Of a stretch of DNA of 64,000 nucleotides, positions 1 through 10,842 are shown one piece after another. Below the pieces are notes generated by a model. That model was given only the letters and a program-made list of their open reading frames with translations. It searched no databases and was not told the origin of the DNA. Location of the stretch: sequence record MF547662.1; one strand, 5' to 3'. The DNA is from Clostridioides phage LIBA6276. Every line of letters starts with the position of its first letter. Within the stretch, counting starts at the first letter, position 1. The position numbers and the translations under genes were made by a program.

Positions 1-861
1 ATGGCTAGAAAAGGTAAAATTAAATGTTCTTGTTGTGGAGAAGAAAAGTCAGCAGCAAGAGATTTTTATAGTAGCTCTAGTAAATTACATAAGAGCTTAA
101 GTACTTTTCCCATGTGTAAAAATTGCGTTGAAGAATTATATGATGAGTTAGTTTACAAGTATGCTGGGGATAAAAAAATAGCAGCAAAGAGACTATTTGT
201 AATGTTAGATGTTTATTATGATGAAGACTTATATAATACATGTATTAACAAAGAAAACAAAGGAAAGTCTAAATGGTTAGGCGAGTACATGAAAACTAAA
301 GCAAATGCTAGATATGTAAGTAAATCAAGTCTTGATAATATTAATTCAAAAAATCTAGTTGAAGATGATATTGATTCTGATTTTAAATTAAATGAAACAA
401 AAATAAATAATGATATGGTCGAAAGATGGGGAGCAGGACTAAGAAAAGAAGATTATATGTTTTTAGAAAATAAATTTAATGAGTTTTCTATGGCATATCA
501 ATGTAAAAGACCTGCTGAAAAAATGTTGTTAGAACAAATTTCTAAATGTTTATTAAAGAGTGATGAAGCACTAAGAAATGGTGATGCTACAGGGTTTGAA
601 AAAATGAATACCTTAATATCAAAACTTATGAATGATGCAAATATAAAACCTATTCAAGAAGCCAGTTTAGCAGAAAATGAAACGATTACATGGGGTACAT
701 GGATTGATAAAATAGAAAATTACAGACCTATAGGAGAGCCTTCAGAACAATTCAAAGATGTAGATAAAATAAAAACATATATTAATAAGTGGTTTATAGG
801 ACAAATGAGAAAAGTATTCGATTTAGCTAGTGAGGATAATCCAAATGATGACCAAGACTAG
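1..861 (+). CDS. putative terminase small subunit / DNA-packaging protein
   Basis: ORF directly upstream of and overlapping the large terminase; N-terminal Cys-x2-Cys...Cys-x2-Cys zinc-ribbon-like motif; position typical for a small terminase subunit. Confidence 0.4.
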   Translation: MARKGKIKCSCCGEEKSAARDFYSSSSKLHKSLSTFPMCKNCVEELYDELVYKYAGDKKIAAKRLFVMLDVYYDEDLYNTCINKENKGKSKWLGEYMKTKANARYVSKSSLDNINSKNLVEDDIDSDFKLNETKINNDMVERWGAGLRKEDYMFLENKFNEFSMAYQCKRPAEKMLLEQISKCLLKSDEALRNGDATGFEKMNTLISKLMNDANIKPIQEASLAENETITWGTWIDKIENYRPIGEPSEQFKDVDKIKTYINKWFIGQMRKVFDLASEDNPNDDQD

Positions 862-2620
862 AAAGCTAAATAATAACGAAATTAACTCAGATAAAAATAA
901 AGCTCTTGAAGAAGGAATAATTGAATGGACTAAGTTCTATAGAGAAAATCCACATAGATTTTGTATTGATTATTTTGGTCTTAATTTATATTTAGTTCAA
1001 ATTATTCTTATATATATGTTTGATAAATGTAATTATGCGATGCTTATATGTGCCAGAGGGTTTGCAAAGAGCTGGATTGCTGCTGTATATGCATGTTGTA
1101 GAGCTGTTTTATATCCAAATTCTAAAATTGGTATAGCTGCATTTACTAAATCACAAGCAGAACTTATTATAAGAGAAAAGATAGAAAAAGAATTAGTAAA
1201 ACAATCTCCTATGTTAGCTAGAGAGATTAAAAAGATAGAGTATAATAATAAATTTTCTAAAGTAACATTTCATAATGGAAGCACTATAGAAGCTATAGTC
1301 TCAAATGAGCAATCAAGAGGTTTCCGTTTCAATATTCTTATTGTAGATGAATTTAGATTAGTAAAAAAAGAAATACAAGATAGGATTCTTAAGCCATTTC
1401 TAAATGTAAGTAGAAATCTAAAGTTTAAAAAAGATGGAAAATATGAAGATTACCCTCCGGAGCCTAATAAAGAATTATATTTAAGTAGTGCATGGTTTAG
1501 GATGCATGAAGCATATGACAAATTTAAATTGTATGTGAAAGATATGGTAGATGGTAGAGATAAATTTGTACTTAATTGTAATTATAAACTTTCTCTTCAT
1601 CATGGAATATTAGATAAAGAAAGAGCAGATGAAATGAAAAGAGAAATGGATGCTGTTTCTTGGATTATGGAGATGGAATCACTTTTCTTTGGGGAAAATG
1701 AAGATGCTATATTTAAATCATCTTATGTGAATCCATGTAGAACATTAAAAAATCCATTTTATCCTCCAACAGATTTAGAAATATTATCTGCTAAAAATGG
1801 AAAAGTTAAGTGTAATTTACAAAAAAGAAAAGGTGAGTTGAGGATAATTTCTGCTGACATTGCTGTTGCAGAAGGAGACAATAATGATAACTCAGTGTAT
1901 ACATGTTGGAGGTTATTGCCTGAAAAAGATTATTATGAAAGAATGGTTGTTCATATAGAATCTCATAATGGTATGAAGCCAGACAAACAAGCAATAAGAT
2001 TAAAACAATTATTCTTTGATTTTGAAACTGATTTCTTAGTTATAGATACTCAAGGGGTAGGCCAAAGTGTTTTATCTGATTTACTTAGGGTTAATTATGA
2101 TGATGCTAGAAATAAAGAATATAATGCGTTTTCTCATGCTAATACAAATCATTTACATAATAATTTTATTACAAAAGAGAATTATCCAGTTATATTTGAG
2201 ATTAAGGCATATGGACAAATAAATCATGATTGTATAATTGGCTTACTTGATGTATTTCTAAAAAATAGAATAAAGTTACCAATAAATGATGTAGAGGCTA
2301 ATGACATGTTAAGTAGTACATCTGGATATGCAAAGAAAAATTATACAGACCAAGCGAGAATGATATTACCATACAAACAAACTACACTACTTGTAAACGA
2401 ATTAATAAACTTAGAAACTGTTAAAAATGATGGTCAAAAGTGGCTTAAGGTCAAAGAAAAGGGAAAAGCAAGAAAAGATAGATATTCTTCCTTAGCATAT
2501 GGAAATTATCTAGCAAATTTACTAGATGGAGAATTAAAAAAGAGAAATAGTAAGAACAGTGGACAAATAATTTCATTCTGGTCAGGAGGTGGAAACCATA
2601 ATAGAACTCAAAGGAGATAA
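830..2620 (+). CDS. terL: terminase large subunit
   Basis: 596 aa; Walker A-like ...CARGFAKSW... and Walker B-like ILIVDEF; size and position (before portal) typical of phage large terminase with C-terminal nuclease. Confidence 0.7.
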   Translation: MRIIQMMTKTRKLNNNEINSDKNKALEEGIIEWTKFYRENPHRFCIDYFGLNLYLVQIILIYMFDKCNYAMLICARGFAKSWIAAVYACCRAVLYPNSKIGIAAFTKSQAELIIREKIEKELVKQSPMLAREIKKIEYNNKFSKVTFHNGSTIEAIVSNEQSRGFRFNILIVDEFRLVKKEIQDRILKPFLNVSRNLKFKKDGKYEDYPPEPNKELYLSSAWFRMHEAYDKFKLYVKDMVDGRDKFVLNCNYKLSLHHGILDKERADEMKREMDAVSWIMEMESLFFGENEDAIFKSSYVNPCRTLKNPFYPPTDLEILSAKNGKVKCNLQKRKGELRIISADIAVAEGDNNDNSVYTCWRLLPEKDYYERMVVHIESHNGMKPDKQAIRLKQLFFDFETDFLVIDTQGVGQSVLSDLLRVNYDDARNKEYNAFSHANTNHLHNNFITKENYPVIFEIKAYGQINHDCIIGLLDVFLKNRIKLPINDVEANDMLSSTSGYAKKNYTDQARMILPYKQTTLLVNELINLETVKNDGQKWLKVKEKGKARKDRYSSLAYGNYLANLLDGELKKRNSKNSGQIISFWSGGGNHNRTQRR

Positions 2621-4073
2621 AAAAGATTATACTTTAGACCAAATAAAGTACTTAAATGAACAATTAAGACAAAGAAATTATGCAATGATAGAAAACACTA
2701 TAAATCTATCAAATGAAATGTATAAGATAAGAAATATAAGTAGAGACCAAGTAAGAAAAGCTATGACAGACCCTTACAAAAACGTAGAATTACTACAAAA
2801 GGTAAGTCTTTTGCTTAAAGAAACATCCGGTACATATAAAAGAATTCTAAATATGATTTCAACCATGAATACATTTGACCATTATATTATACCAATAAAT
2901 ATTTCTAAATTTAAAGATAAAAATGATTATGTCAACTCTTTTTTTAAGTCAGCTGCACTTCTAAAAAAATATCAACTTAAACATATTTGTCCTTGGATAA
3001 CTGAAAAAGTGTTAGAACAAGGAGAAATATATCTATATAAAATTGAAGATTCAAAATGCATAATGATGCAACAAATACCAGCCTCTTATTGTACAATAAC
3101 ATCTAAAGTAAATGGAGTATTAAGGTATGGAATTGATTTACGAAAAATAAATAAAAAGACTCTATCAGCATTTCCAATAGAAGTTCAAGAAGCATATAAA
3201 AAATTGAATGATGGAAGATTAAAAAAAGAAGACTTAATAGAAAATAAGTATTATGAATTAAGTGATAATGCTGTGGCATTTAATATAGATATTGATTCGA
3301 CAAAAGGAATACCATTTTTTAGTTTTTTATTTGATGATATCCTGGAACTCGAAGATATGAAAGATTTAAAGGGTTCTAATGCTATCATTGAAAGCATTAA
3401 GTTAATACATGGGAAAGTTCCTTATGGTAAAGATGGTGAGCCACTAGTTGCTTTTGATTTATTAAGTGCTTACTACCATGATATAAAATCAAACTTACCA
3501 GCTGGTACATCTGTAGCAGTAACCCCACTAGATATGGAAGGAATTAATCTAAGTGATGGAAAATCAAAGATTAATGATTATGTTAAAGAAGCAAAAGAAT
3601 TTATATTTGATAACGCTGGAATTAATACAGCTCTTTTTAACTCAGATAAAATAAATACAGAATCAATTGCAGATGGTGTTATAGCAGATAGTTTAATACC
3701 AATGAGGATTCAAAATGAAATAGAGACATGGATAAATTATGAACTAAATAAAAAGAACTCATCAAAAGCATTCCAACTTTACTTTGTTGGTACAACTCAT
3801 TTTAACCAATCTAAAATATCACAACAACTTAGAGAAAATATAAATAGTGTAGGAGATAGTAGAACAGTATATTTAGCTAGTACTGGAAAAGAGCCAATTG
3901 AAATTGCTAATTTATATAAGGCAGAACAATTAATGGAAATAGATGATTTATTGCCAGTTAAACAGGCTTCATATACATTTTCAAATAATGATGTTGGAAG
4001 ACCTACTAATGAAGACAAAGGTGATGGTGGTACAAATGGAAATAAAACAGATAGAAAAGATGAAAACAAATAA
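2589..4073 (+). CDS. portal protein
   Basis: 494 aa ORF immediately after terminase, start overlapping terL end; size and acidic Gly-rich C-terminus typical of portal. Confidence 0.55.
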   Translation: METIIELKGDKKDYTLDQIKYLNEQLRQRNYAMIENTINLSNEMYKIRNISRDQVRKAMTDPYKNVELLQKVSLLLKETSGTYKRILNMISTMNTFDHYIIPINISKFKDKNDYVNSFFKSAALLKKYQLKHICPWITEKVLEQGEIYLYKIEDSKCIMMQQIPASYCTITSKVNGVLRYGIDLRKINKKTLSAFPIEVQEAYKKLNDGRLKKEDLIENKYYELSDNAVAFNIDIDSTKGIPFFSFLFDDILELEDMKDLKGSNAIIESIKLIHGKVPYGKDGEPLVAFDLLSAYYHDIKSNLPAGTSVAVTPLDMEGINLSDGKSKINDYVKEAKEFIFDNAGINTALFNSDKINTESIADGVIADSLIPMRIQNEIETWINYELNKKNSSKAFQLYFVGTTHFNQSKISQQLRENINSVGDSRTVYLASTGKEPIEIANLYKAEQLMEIDDLLPVKQASYTFSNNDVGRPTNEDKGDGGTNGNKTDRKDENK

Positions 4074-4263
4074 TAAAAGGTTTATTATTGCATTTACAAG
4101 TGATAAAAAAGACGAATTAATGAAAAAAGGATTTGCTTTTATTAACAAAAATAAATGTGGAGAAGAATCATTTTATTTATTTGAAAATAAGCCTGATGAG
4201 ATACTTAATTTTAGTAAGGAAGATTTTAAAGATATAGGTTTTAGCGATGTAATGTTTGTTTAA
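4051..4263 (+). CDS. hypothetical small protein
   Basis: ATG at 4051 inside the longer six-frame ORF; 70 aa, between portal and scaffold-like gene. Confidence 0.3.
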   Translation: MEKMKTNNKRFIIAFTSDKKDELMKKGFAFINKNKCGEESFYLFENKPDEILNFSKEDFKDIGFSDVMFV

Positions 4264-4275
4264 GGAGGTGAGAGA

Positions 4276-5658
4276 TTGAAAGTAGTTAGTATTCCATGTG
4301 GATTTGAGACATTTTCTAATGAAGAGGATGATAGAAAATTAAATGTAAAATTAAAGATTTTACATGAAGGTAAAAATTTAAATAAAACTAAGTTTAATTT
4401 GTCAACTATAAATGAAGCGGAATCAACTTTATCAGATATACCAATACTTGGATATATAAAATATGATGAAGAACAAAATGTGGTAGATTTTGATGAGCAT
4501 AATATGATAACTAAAGTTGTAAAGGATGATAATGGTTATTCTATAGAGTATAAATTCTTAGAAAGACCACTTGGTGTAATTCCAAATAATACAGAGATAA
4601 CTTATACAGAAGAAGATGGAAAGACATATTTAAACTGTACAGGACTTATTTGGAAGCATTATTCTAATTCAGCATATCAATTATTGACAGAGTCAAAGTC
4701 AAAAAGTGTAAGTATGGAAATAGCAGTTGAAGATGGAGAAGTTGATAAAGCTGATGGTTATTATAATATTAAAAAATTTAGTTTTTTAGGAATTACTATT
4801 TTAGGAGATGATGTTGCTCCTGGAATTGAAGGGGCATCTATAAATACATATAGTAATTTTTCAAAATATAAAAAAGCAATCTATGATATTTGCAAAGAAA
4901 TGTATTCATTTAAAGGGAAGGAGGAAAATGTATTGGATAAAAAGAAAAATGATTTATTATCAATAGAAGAAATAGATACTTCTATTAATAGTCAATTAAA
5001 AAATAAGATGGTTGAGGTTGAAGACCCTTACTGGGGAGGTAAATACACAGCTAGAGAATATTATTTAAGAACTATTCTCCCTGAAGAAAAAATAGCTATA
5101 TTAGAAGACAATATAAATTATTGTAATTATTATGGTGTACCATATTCTATAGATGGAGATGATGTTGTTTTAGATTATGAAAACAGAAAATCATATATAG
5201 AAGAATGGAGAGAGAAAAAAGAAGGAGAAGTTATAGAAACTTTTTCTAAAGAAGATACTTTAAAAGAATTAGTTCTTGAAAAGTTTAATGAAAAAGAGAT
5301 TGAAATAAAAAATCTGACTGAAGAGTTGGAAAGTTTAAGAAAATTTAAGGCTGACAAAGAAATGGAAGAATATAAAGTAGAAGTTTCTAGTGTTATCTCA
5401 GAATTTAATTCTTTAACAGAAGAGGAAGTTAAGACTTTTAAAGAATCTGCTATAAAGAAAGAGATATCTTTAGAAGATTTAAGAAAAGAGTTGAGTTTAC
5501 TTGATTATGCTAAGTTAAAAGAAAATACAAAGAAATTTAATTCTGATAAGGAACTTATAGTTGAAGAAGCAAAAATAAATTATTCATCTACATTAGAAGA
5601 TGAAAATAAAGATACAAAATCATATGAACAAATATTAAGAAAACACTCAAATAAGTAG
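4276..5658 (+). CDS. putative head morphogenesis / scaffolding protein
   Basis: 460 aa, TTG start after GGAGGTG RBS; C-terminal third is highly charged coiled-coil (KE-rich), typical of scaffold proteins; position between portal and capsid. Confidence 0.35.
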   Translation: MKVVSIPCGFETFSNEEDDRKLNVKLKILHEGKNLNKTKFNLSTINEAESTLSDIPILGYIKYDEEQNVVDFDEHNMITKVVKDDNGYSIEYKFLERPLGVIPNNTEITYTEEDGKTYLNCTGLIWKHYSNSAYQLLTESKSKSVSMEIAVEDGEVDKADGYYNIKKFSFLGITILGDDVAPGIEGASINTYSNFSKYKKAIYDICKEMYSFKGKEENVLDKKKNDLLSIEEIDTSINSQLKNKMVEVEDPYWGGKYTAREYYLRTILPEEKIAILEDNINYCNYYGVPYSIDGDDVVLDYENRKSYIEEWREKKEGEVIETFSKEDTLKELVLEKFNEKEIEIKNLTEELESLRKFKADKEMEEYKVEVSSVISEFNSLTEEEVKTFKESAIKKEISLEDLRKELSLLDYAKLKENTKKFNSDKELIVEEAKINYSSTLEDENKDTKSYEQILRKHSNK

Positions 5659-5699
5659 TGTTTATTTTTATGAAAAAAAATAAAAAAGGAGATATAAAA

Positions 5700-6158
5700 A
5701 TGGCAGATAAAGCGATATTAAATTGTGATATAGATAAATATCCAGATGTTGTAACAGCAAAGAATGGAAGTGATGTACTAGAAAATGGCGCAATAGTTGC
5801 ATTAGGTGGCTTAGTCGATTCAGAGCTAGGAAACGATTGTTATAAAATAGAAAGATTATCAGAAGGATGTAGATTTGGAATTTTAGATAGTGTTGCACTT
5901 CAATATGATGAAAGATTGGATGAAAGAGATTATGAATTAAAAGCAAGTGAAATAGATAGAGTTAGATTACCTCATAAGGGGTTATGTATGACATTAGCTA
6001 AAAAACATTTTGATGGTGTAGTAGCTGTTGGTGATGAATTGGAACTTAAGGCAGATACCTATAAGTTGACAAAAAAAACTACAGGTTTAGTAGTTGCAAG
6101 AGTTGAAGAGTTATATAACTTTAATGGACAAGATTCTGTATATGTATCTTTTATGTAA
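5700..6158 (+). CDS. hypothetical head protein
   Basis: ATG at 5700 with AAGGAG RBS; 152 aa; followed by rho-independent terminator. Confidence 0.3.
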   Translation: MADKAILNCDIDKYPDVVTAKNGSDVLENGAIVALGGLVDSELGNDCYKIERLSEGCRFGILDSVALQYDERLDERDYELKASEIDRVRLPHKGLCMTLAKKHFDGVVAVGDELELKADTYKLTKKTTGLVVARVEELYNFNGQDSVYVSFM

Positions 6159-6170
6159 TAACAAGTAGAT

Positions 6171-6206
6171 GAACTGGAAACAGTTCTTTTTTTATGCAAA
6201 AAATGA
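6171..6206 (+). terminator. rho-independent terminator (GAACTG..CAGTTC + T-run) followed by conserved TTTTTTATGCAAAAAATGA motif
   Basis: hairpin and T tract read directly; the same 19-nt motif recurs at 10807-10825. Confidence 0.5.
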
Positions 6207-6227
6207 CTAATGAAAGGTGGAAAAAAG

Positions 6228-7199
6228 ATGGCTATAGATATAATAGCATTAAAAGATTTATCAAATGATATATTAAATAGAAAAGTAAAAAATTATTCTC
6301 AATGCGAAGATGCATTAAGAAAAGAAATAATAGATATATGTGGAGGTGAATGGGGACAATATACGTTCTTTGAAAATAAATATAAGATATTCCAGATATT
6401 ATCTGAAACAATAACTGATAAAGTAAATAGATTAACTGAAGAAGCATTTTCAGATTTTTGTGATGTAGAAAACTTTGATTTGGGTAATAAAAAAGAATTT
6501 ACAGTTAAAAATACTGATTTATTAAGGATTGCAAATATAGCTGAAGGTAAAAACAGTACAAGAAGACAAAGATTATTAGGAAAAAAAGTTCCTACATCTG
6601 TATTTAAATTAGCAATTGCTATATATGAAGAATTTGATAGATTTATAACTGGAAGAATAGACTGGTCTGAAATGGTAGATAGAGTATCTTCTACATTCCA
6701 ACATCATATAGCAGAGGCAATAGCATCTACTATGGAAGGAGCTTATACATCTGTACATACTAATTTAAAAACTAGTGCTGCTTATTCAGATAAGGATTTA
6801 AAGAAAATAGTTAATAAAGTAAAAGGTGCTACTGGACAGTCTGTTGCTATATATGGAACTCCAGAGGCAGTAGGAAACATAGAAGGTGTTGGAGCTGATT
6901 TAGATAAAGATGACAAGAGAAACTTTGGATATGTTAAAAACTTTAGTGGAACACCAGTAATAGAATTACCTAATTATTATGATGTTGAAAGAGATAAATG
7001 GGCATTAAGCAATAATATTTTATATGTTATACCAAATGATGAGAAGATAATTAAATTAGGTTTTGAAGGTAATACATTAATAATAGAAAACACTGATGGA
7101 ACAATTAGAGATGACCAACAAATAGAAATGTTCATGTCAAGAAAAATGCATCTAGGAGTTGTTGTGGCATCTAAATTTGGCATGTATAAGATACAATAA
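6228..7199 (+). CDS. putative major capsid protein
   Basis: 323 aa after strong terminator/promoter region, RBS AAAGGTGG; size and position consistent with major capsid; no diagnostic motif recognised. Confidence 0.4.
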   Translation: MAIDIIALKDLSNDILNRKVKNYSQCEDALRKEIIDICGGEWGQYTFFENKYKIFQILSETITDKVNRLTEEAFSDFCDVENFDLGNKKEFTVKNTDLLRIANIAEGKNSTRRQRLLGKKVPTSVFKLAIAIYEEFDRFITGRIDWSEMVDRVSSTFQHHIAEAIASTMEGAYTSVHTNLKTSAAYSDKDLKKIVNKVKGATGQSVAIYGTPEAVGNIEGVGADLDKDDKRNFGYVKNFSGTPVIELPNYYDVERDKWALSNNILYVIPNDEKIIKLGFEGNTLIIENTDGTIRDDQQIEMFMSRKMHLGVVVASKFGMYKIQ

Positions 7200-7225
7200 C
7201 ATTATAATTAGAAGGGAGATTAAAA

Positions 7226-7819
7226 ATGGCTGGAAAAGCAAAAAAAGAGGTTTCAAATGAAATTGAACAAATTAATGAAAATAAAATATTGCAAAAGAAG
7301 AGTTCAAGAAAAACATATAAACAATTGAGAAGTGAATTAAGGAAACTTAAAGATGAAATAGAAGTTGAGATAATGAACTTAGATACTGGTACTGTTCTTT
7401 ATAGAGATAGAGATGAAAGACTAATATTTGAAATGAATAAAGCTGGAGAAAAAACATTTATATTATTGTCTGATTTATATGAGATATCAAATAAACATAG
7501 AGGGTATTTTGAAAACTATCTTATAACTATAATTGATGTTGATAGTGATGATTATACTGTTGAAGATATATTAGAATATTTAAACTTAAAGGATATGTAT
7601 GAGTATTTAGATGAATATGATTTAGACTATATAAATCATATATTATTAAAATTAGATAATGATAAGTTTGTTAATCTAGTAGAAAAAGCTAATTATGGTT
7701 TGATAGAGTGCTTAGGTTCAAGGGTAATCGAATTATATAAAAAGGGTAAATTTGATTCTCACTATAAAGAACGTTTAATAGCTACTAGACTAGGTTTACA
7801 AAGCTTATTTGAGGACTAA
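7226..7819 (+). CDS. hypothetical structural protein
   Basis: 197 aa ORF with RBS GAAGGGAG, in head-tail connector region. Confidence 0.3.
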   Translation: MAGKAKKEVSNEIEQINENKILQKKSSRKTYKQLRSELRKLKDEIEVEIMNLDTGTVLYRDRDERLIFEMNKAGEKTFILLSDLYEISNKHRGYFENYLITIIDVDSDDYTVEDILEYLNLKDMYEYLDEYDLDYINHILLKLDNDKFVNLVEKANYGLIECLGSRVIELYKKGKFDSHYKERLIATRLGLQSLFED

Positions 7820-7865
7820 GGTGGTGTTATAACATCACCTATTTTGTTGAAAGAGTGGTGATGAT

Positions 7866-8501
7866 ATGGCTACACCAGTAAAAGATATATATAAACAATT
7901 TCTTTCTTTAATAAATGATGAGGAGATGCTATTACTTGAAGAAGAAATAATTGAGGATATGATGTATTCATATCTTCAAAAGGCTACATTTGATTTTTAT
8001 GAGTGTAGAAAAGATTTATCTATAATAGGGCAAAAAGAATATTGTATTACAATTCCAATAAATCAATCAGAATATGTTGTTAATCAAGTTAATAAAAACC
8101 ATGATATTTATTTAGTTGGTAAATCTACAAATAAAGAATATGAAGTCAATAGAGATTATACTGTAGAGTTTAAAGAAGAAGACTGTATAATAACCTTTGA
8201 AACAGAAACAGAGGAAGAAATCTTATTTAAGAGTAAATATCTAGGAGAAATAATTTCAGACCTTAATTTAGATGAAATAATTATATTAGCTTATGGAATG
8301 ATGGTTTGGTGGCTTCAACCTAAGATTCTTAGAGAAGAAAATTTAAAACAGATGTTAACTGACTCAGATTATAATACTAAGTCTGGTGCTAATATGTTAG
8401 CAAAACTTTGTTTATTAGAAGTTCAAATTAGAGAGCAACTTGCTAAATACAAGACAAGATATGTATATAAAGGTTTTAAAGGTTGGGATAAAATTGAGTA
8501 G
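7866..8501 (+). CDS. hypothetical protein (head-tail connector region)
   Basis: 211 aa ORF, co-directional tight packing. Confidence 0.3.
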   Translation: MATPVKDIYKQFLSLINDEEMLLLEEEIIEDMMYSYLQKATFDFYECRKDLSIIGQKEYCITIPINQSEYVVNQVNKNHDIYLVGKSTNKEYEVNRDYTVEFKEEDCIITFETETEEEILFKSKYLGEIISDLNLDEIIILAYGMMVWWLQPKILREENLKQMLTDSDYNTKSGANMLAKLCLLEVQIREQLAKYKTRYVYKGFKGWDKIE

Positions 8502-9486
8502 TTATATTAATAATTATAAAAAAAGAATTGGACTAGGATGTTCAACACCTAAAAAAAAAAGAATATTACAACTAAGATTAAGTTTTAAGAAATATTTAAA
8601 AGAAACACCAACCTGTATTGAAGTTCCTATAACTGATATAGATGAAGTTTGTATAACAGAAGATACTAAAAAAGCTGTAGTTTCAATTAATGATATAACT
8701 AATAATGATAAAAGAGCTTTAGATGAAAAAAATCTATTAGTTGAATCTGATTTAAATGTAGATGTGGGTTGCTATCTTTTCTATGATAATTGTTATTGGT
8801 TAACTATATTTAAAGAACATAAAGAAATGGATACATATAAACATTTCATAATAAAAAGATGCAATCAATTCTTTAATTATAAATATAAAGGTCAGATGTA
8901 TAAAATCCCTATAGCTGTTGAAAATTTAACCTTATATTCTGATGGTATGGCAGATAATAAATATACTTCTATCTCAGATACAAAAAGACAACTTTATTTT
9001 GGAAGTAATCCTGTCACTAAAACTATAGATATTGACACTAGAATAATGTTAACTGGTAAAACTGTATTTAGAGTTACTAGTATTAATGACTTTGAGTATA
9101 ATGGCAGAGAAACAGGAGCAGATGGTCTTATTAAAGCTATTTGTTTACAAGATGCATTGATTTCAAAAGATGATACAGTAAATAATATAGCTTGGAATGA
9201 TTTATCTGAAAATGATAGTGTAATTATTCCTTTCAGTAAGATTATAGGGGATGGATTTATTAATCTAGGTGAAGAAAATGAATACAGAATAGACCATTCT
9301 CAAGGAGTTAAATGGCTCTTAGACAAGCAATACAGATATTGTGATATAATTTATCAAGATGAGAAAAGATGTGTCATACAGGCTAATACATTGGCTAAGT
9401 ATTCTGGCTTAGAAGCCTTGCTATTGGCTAAAGATAAAGATACAAATGAAATAATAGATACTAAAAAAATAACAATAAGGGGGTAA
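8440..9486 (+). CDS. hypothetical structural protein
   Basis: 348 aa ORF; true start may be the TTG at 8494 rather than 8440. Confidence 0.3.
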   Translation: MLNTRQDMYIKVLKVGIKLSSYINNYKKRIGLGCSTPKKKRILQLRLSFKKYLKETPTCIEVPITDIDEVCITEDTKKAVVSINDITNNDKRALDEKNLLVESDLNVDVGCYLFYDNCYWLTIFKEHKEMDTYKHFIIKRCNQFFNYKYKGQMYKIPIAVENLTLYSDGMADNKYTSISDTKRQLYFGSNPVTKTIDIDTRIMLTGKTVFRVTSINDFEYNGRETGADGLIKAICLQDALISKDDTVNNIAWNDLSENDSVIIPFSKIIGDGFINLGEENEYRIDHSQGVKWLLDKQYRYCDIIYQDEKRCVIQANTLAKYSGLEALLLAKDKDTNEIIDTKKITIRG

Positions 9487-9500
9487 ATATATGGGTCTAT

Positions 9501-9995
9501 ATGGCTTTCCCTAACAAGATGATAAGTAATATAGGAACAACTCTAATGTCAAATCAAGACTTTGCTAAATTTATGATTTATAATGATGAATCCCAAAAAG
9601 ATATTTTGTCCATGCCTGATATAAAAAATCCTGTTAAAGAGCTTAGAAATAAAAAAGTATTTCTAAATAGAAGAGTAGAAAAAGTATTAAAAGAAGCAGA
9701 TATTTCAGTTTTTATAATAATGGCAGAGTATAGACCATGTACTACTGGAAGTAGAGAAATTAAAAAAACAAAGATAGAAATTGGTGTTGTTTGTCATGAT
9801 GAATGTCAAGATACAGCAAATGGCTTAAGAGATGTTGCATTAGTATGTTGTATAGTTGATATTATAACTCAAAATGAGGAAATAGCTGGTATAGGTAAGA
9901 TTAAGTTAGAAAATGTATATCAAATGTATAATTTAAGTACTGATTATAACGGATTTGTTATAACTGTATCTGCTGAAAGTTTTGGTGATATGTAA
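9501..9995 (+). CDS. hypothetical protein
   Basis: 164 aa ORF with RBS AAGGGGG. Confidence 0.3.
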   Translation: MAFPNKMISNIGTTLMSNQDFAKFMIYNDESQKDILSMPDIKNPVKELRNKKVFLNRRVEKVLKEADISVFIIMAEYRPCTTGSREIKKTKIEIGVVCHDECQDTANGLRDVALVCCIVDIITQNEEIAGIGKIKLENVYQMYNLSTDYNGFVITVSAESFGDM

Positions 9996-10798
9996 TGTTA
10001 GAGAATTATTATATTACAGGATTACCAATTAAACTAAGTGAAATATTAGGAACTGTATATCAACCCACTATTGAAGAGCTTATTAAACTGGATATGGCTA
10101 ATTTAGAAATGGTAAATCCATTTTTAGTACTTGAAAAGAGCTATTCTCAGTTATGTAACGAGGAATCCTTTGAATTAAAATGTAAATATGACACTATACC
10201 CATATTGGATTTAATGATGTTGACATCAAGAAAAGATTCTTCAGAGAAAGTTGAATTACTTAGTGATAAGATAAAAAAATCTTTATCTATATTATATAAA
10301 ACTGATATTAGAAATATTGAGTATATGAATAATATTAAAATTGGTATTTTAATTAAATTTGATGATAAAAAGAAAAATGCTTTTATAAGTAGAGAGGATT
10401 TTGGACTAGTATCAGATTTGATTTTAGAGATGTTTTGTATTGATAAAAAGAATTTATTTAAAGATGATGAAGATAAGTGGATTGAAAATACTGGCTCTGA
10501 AAGAGAAAAACAGTTGATTGCACACTTTAAAGAGAAGGAAAGAAAGAAAAGAGAAAAAGAAGCATACCATTTATGTGATTATATAAATATAGTTCAAAAT
10601 ATAAATGGATATATAGAAATAGATGTGATTTTAAAAATGACTTATTGGCAATTAATTAATGTTTATAAGACTAAGATACAATTTAAAAACTATAATGAAA
10701 GTTTAGGCTATGCATGGTCATTTAAATATCAAACAGATATGGATAAAATGAAGCATTGGTCTAAAGAGATAAAAATACCACTTAGCACTGTTAAATAG
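9995..10798 (+). CDS. hypothetical protein (tail completion region)
   Basis: 267 aa ORF; start overlaps previous stop (ATGTAATG). Confidence 0.3.
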   Translation: MLENYYITGLPIKLSEILGTVYQPTIEELIKLDMANLEMVNPFLVLEKSYSQLCNEESFELKCKYDTIPILDLMMLTSRKDSSEKVELLSDKIKKSLSILYKTDIRNIEYMNNIKIGILIKFDDKKKNAFISREDFGLVSDLILEMFCIDKKNLFKDDEDKWIENTGSEREKQLIAHFKEKERKKREKEAYHLCDYINIVQNINGYIEIDVILKMTYWQLINVYKTKIQFKNYNESLGYAWSFKYQTDMDKMKHWSKEIKIPLSTVK

Positions 10799-10825
10799 CA
10801 GTGCTATTTTTTATGCAAAAAATGA
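10784..10825 (+). terminator. rho-independent terminator + conserved TTTTTTATGCAAAAAATGA motif
   Basis: TAGCAC..GTGCTA stem then T-run; second copy of the 19-nt motif. Confidence 0.5.
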
Positions 10826-10842
10826 GAGGATGATTTTATAAT

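Noticed and set aside
3797-4069. Minus-strand 60-150 aa ORFs in the track (e.g. 1806-1994, 3797-4069, 5668-5946, 21328-21777, 30653-30925, 44271-44486)
   Set aside because: They lie entirely antisense within long, well-supported + strand genes, lack RBS, and have low-complexity composition typical of spurious AT-rich reading frames.
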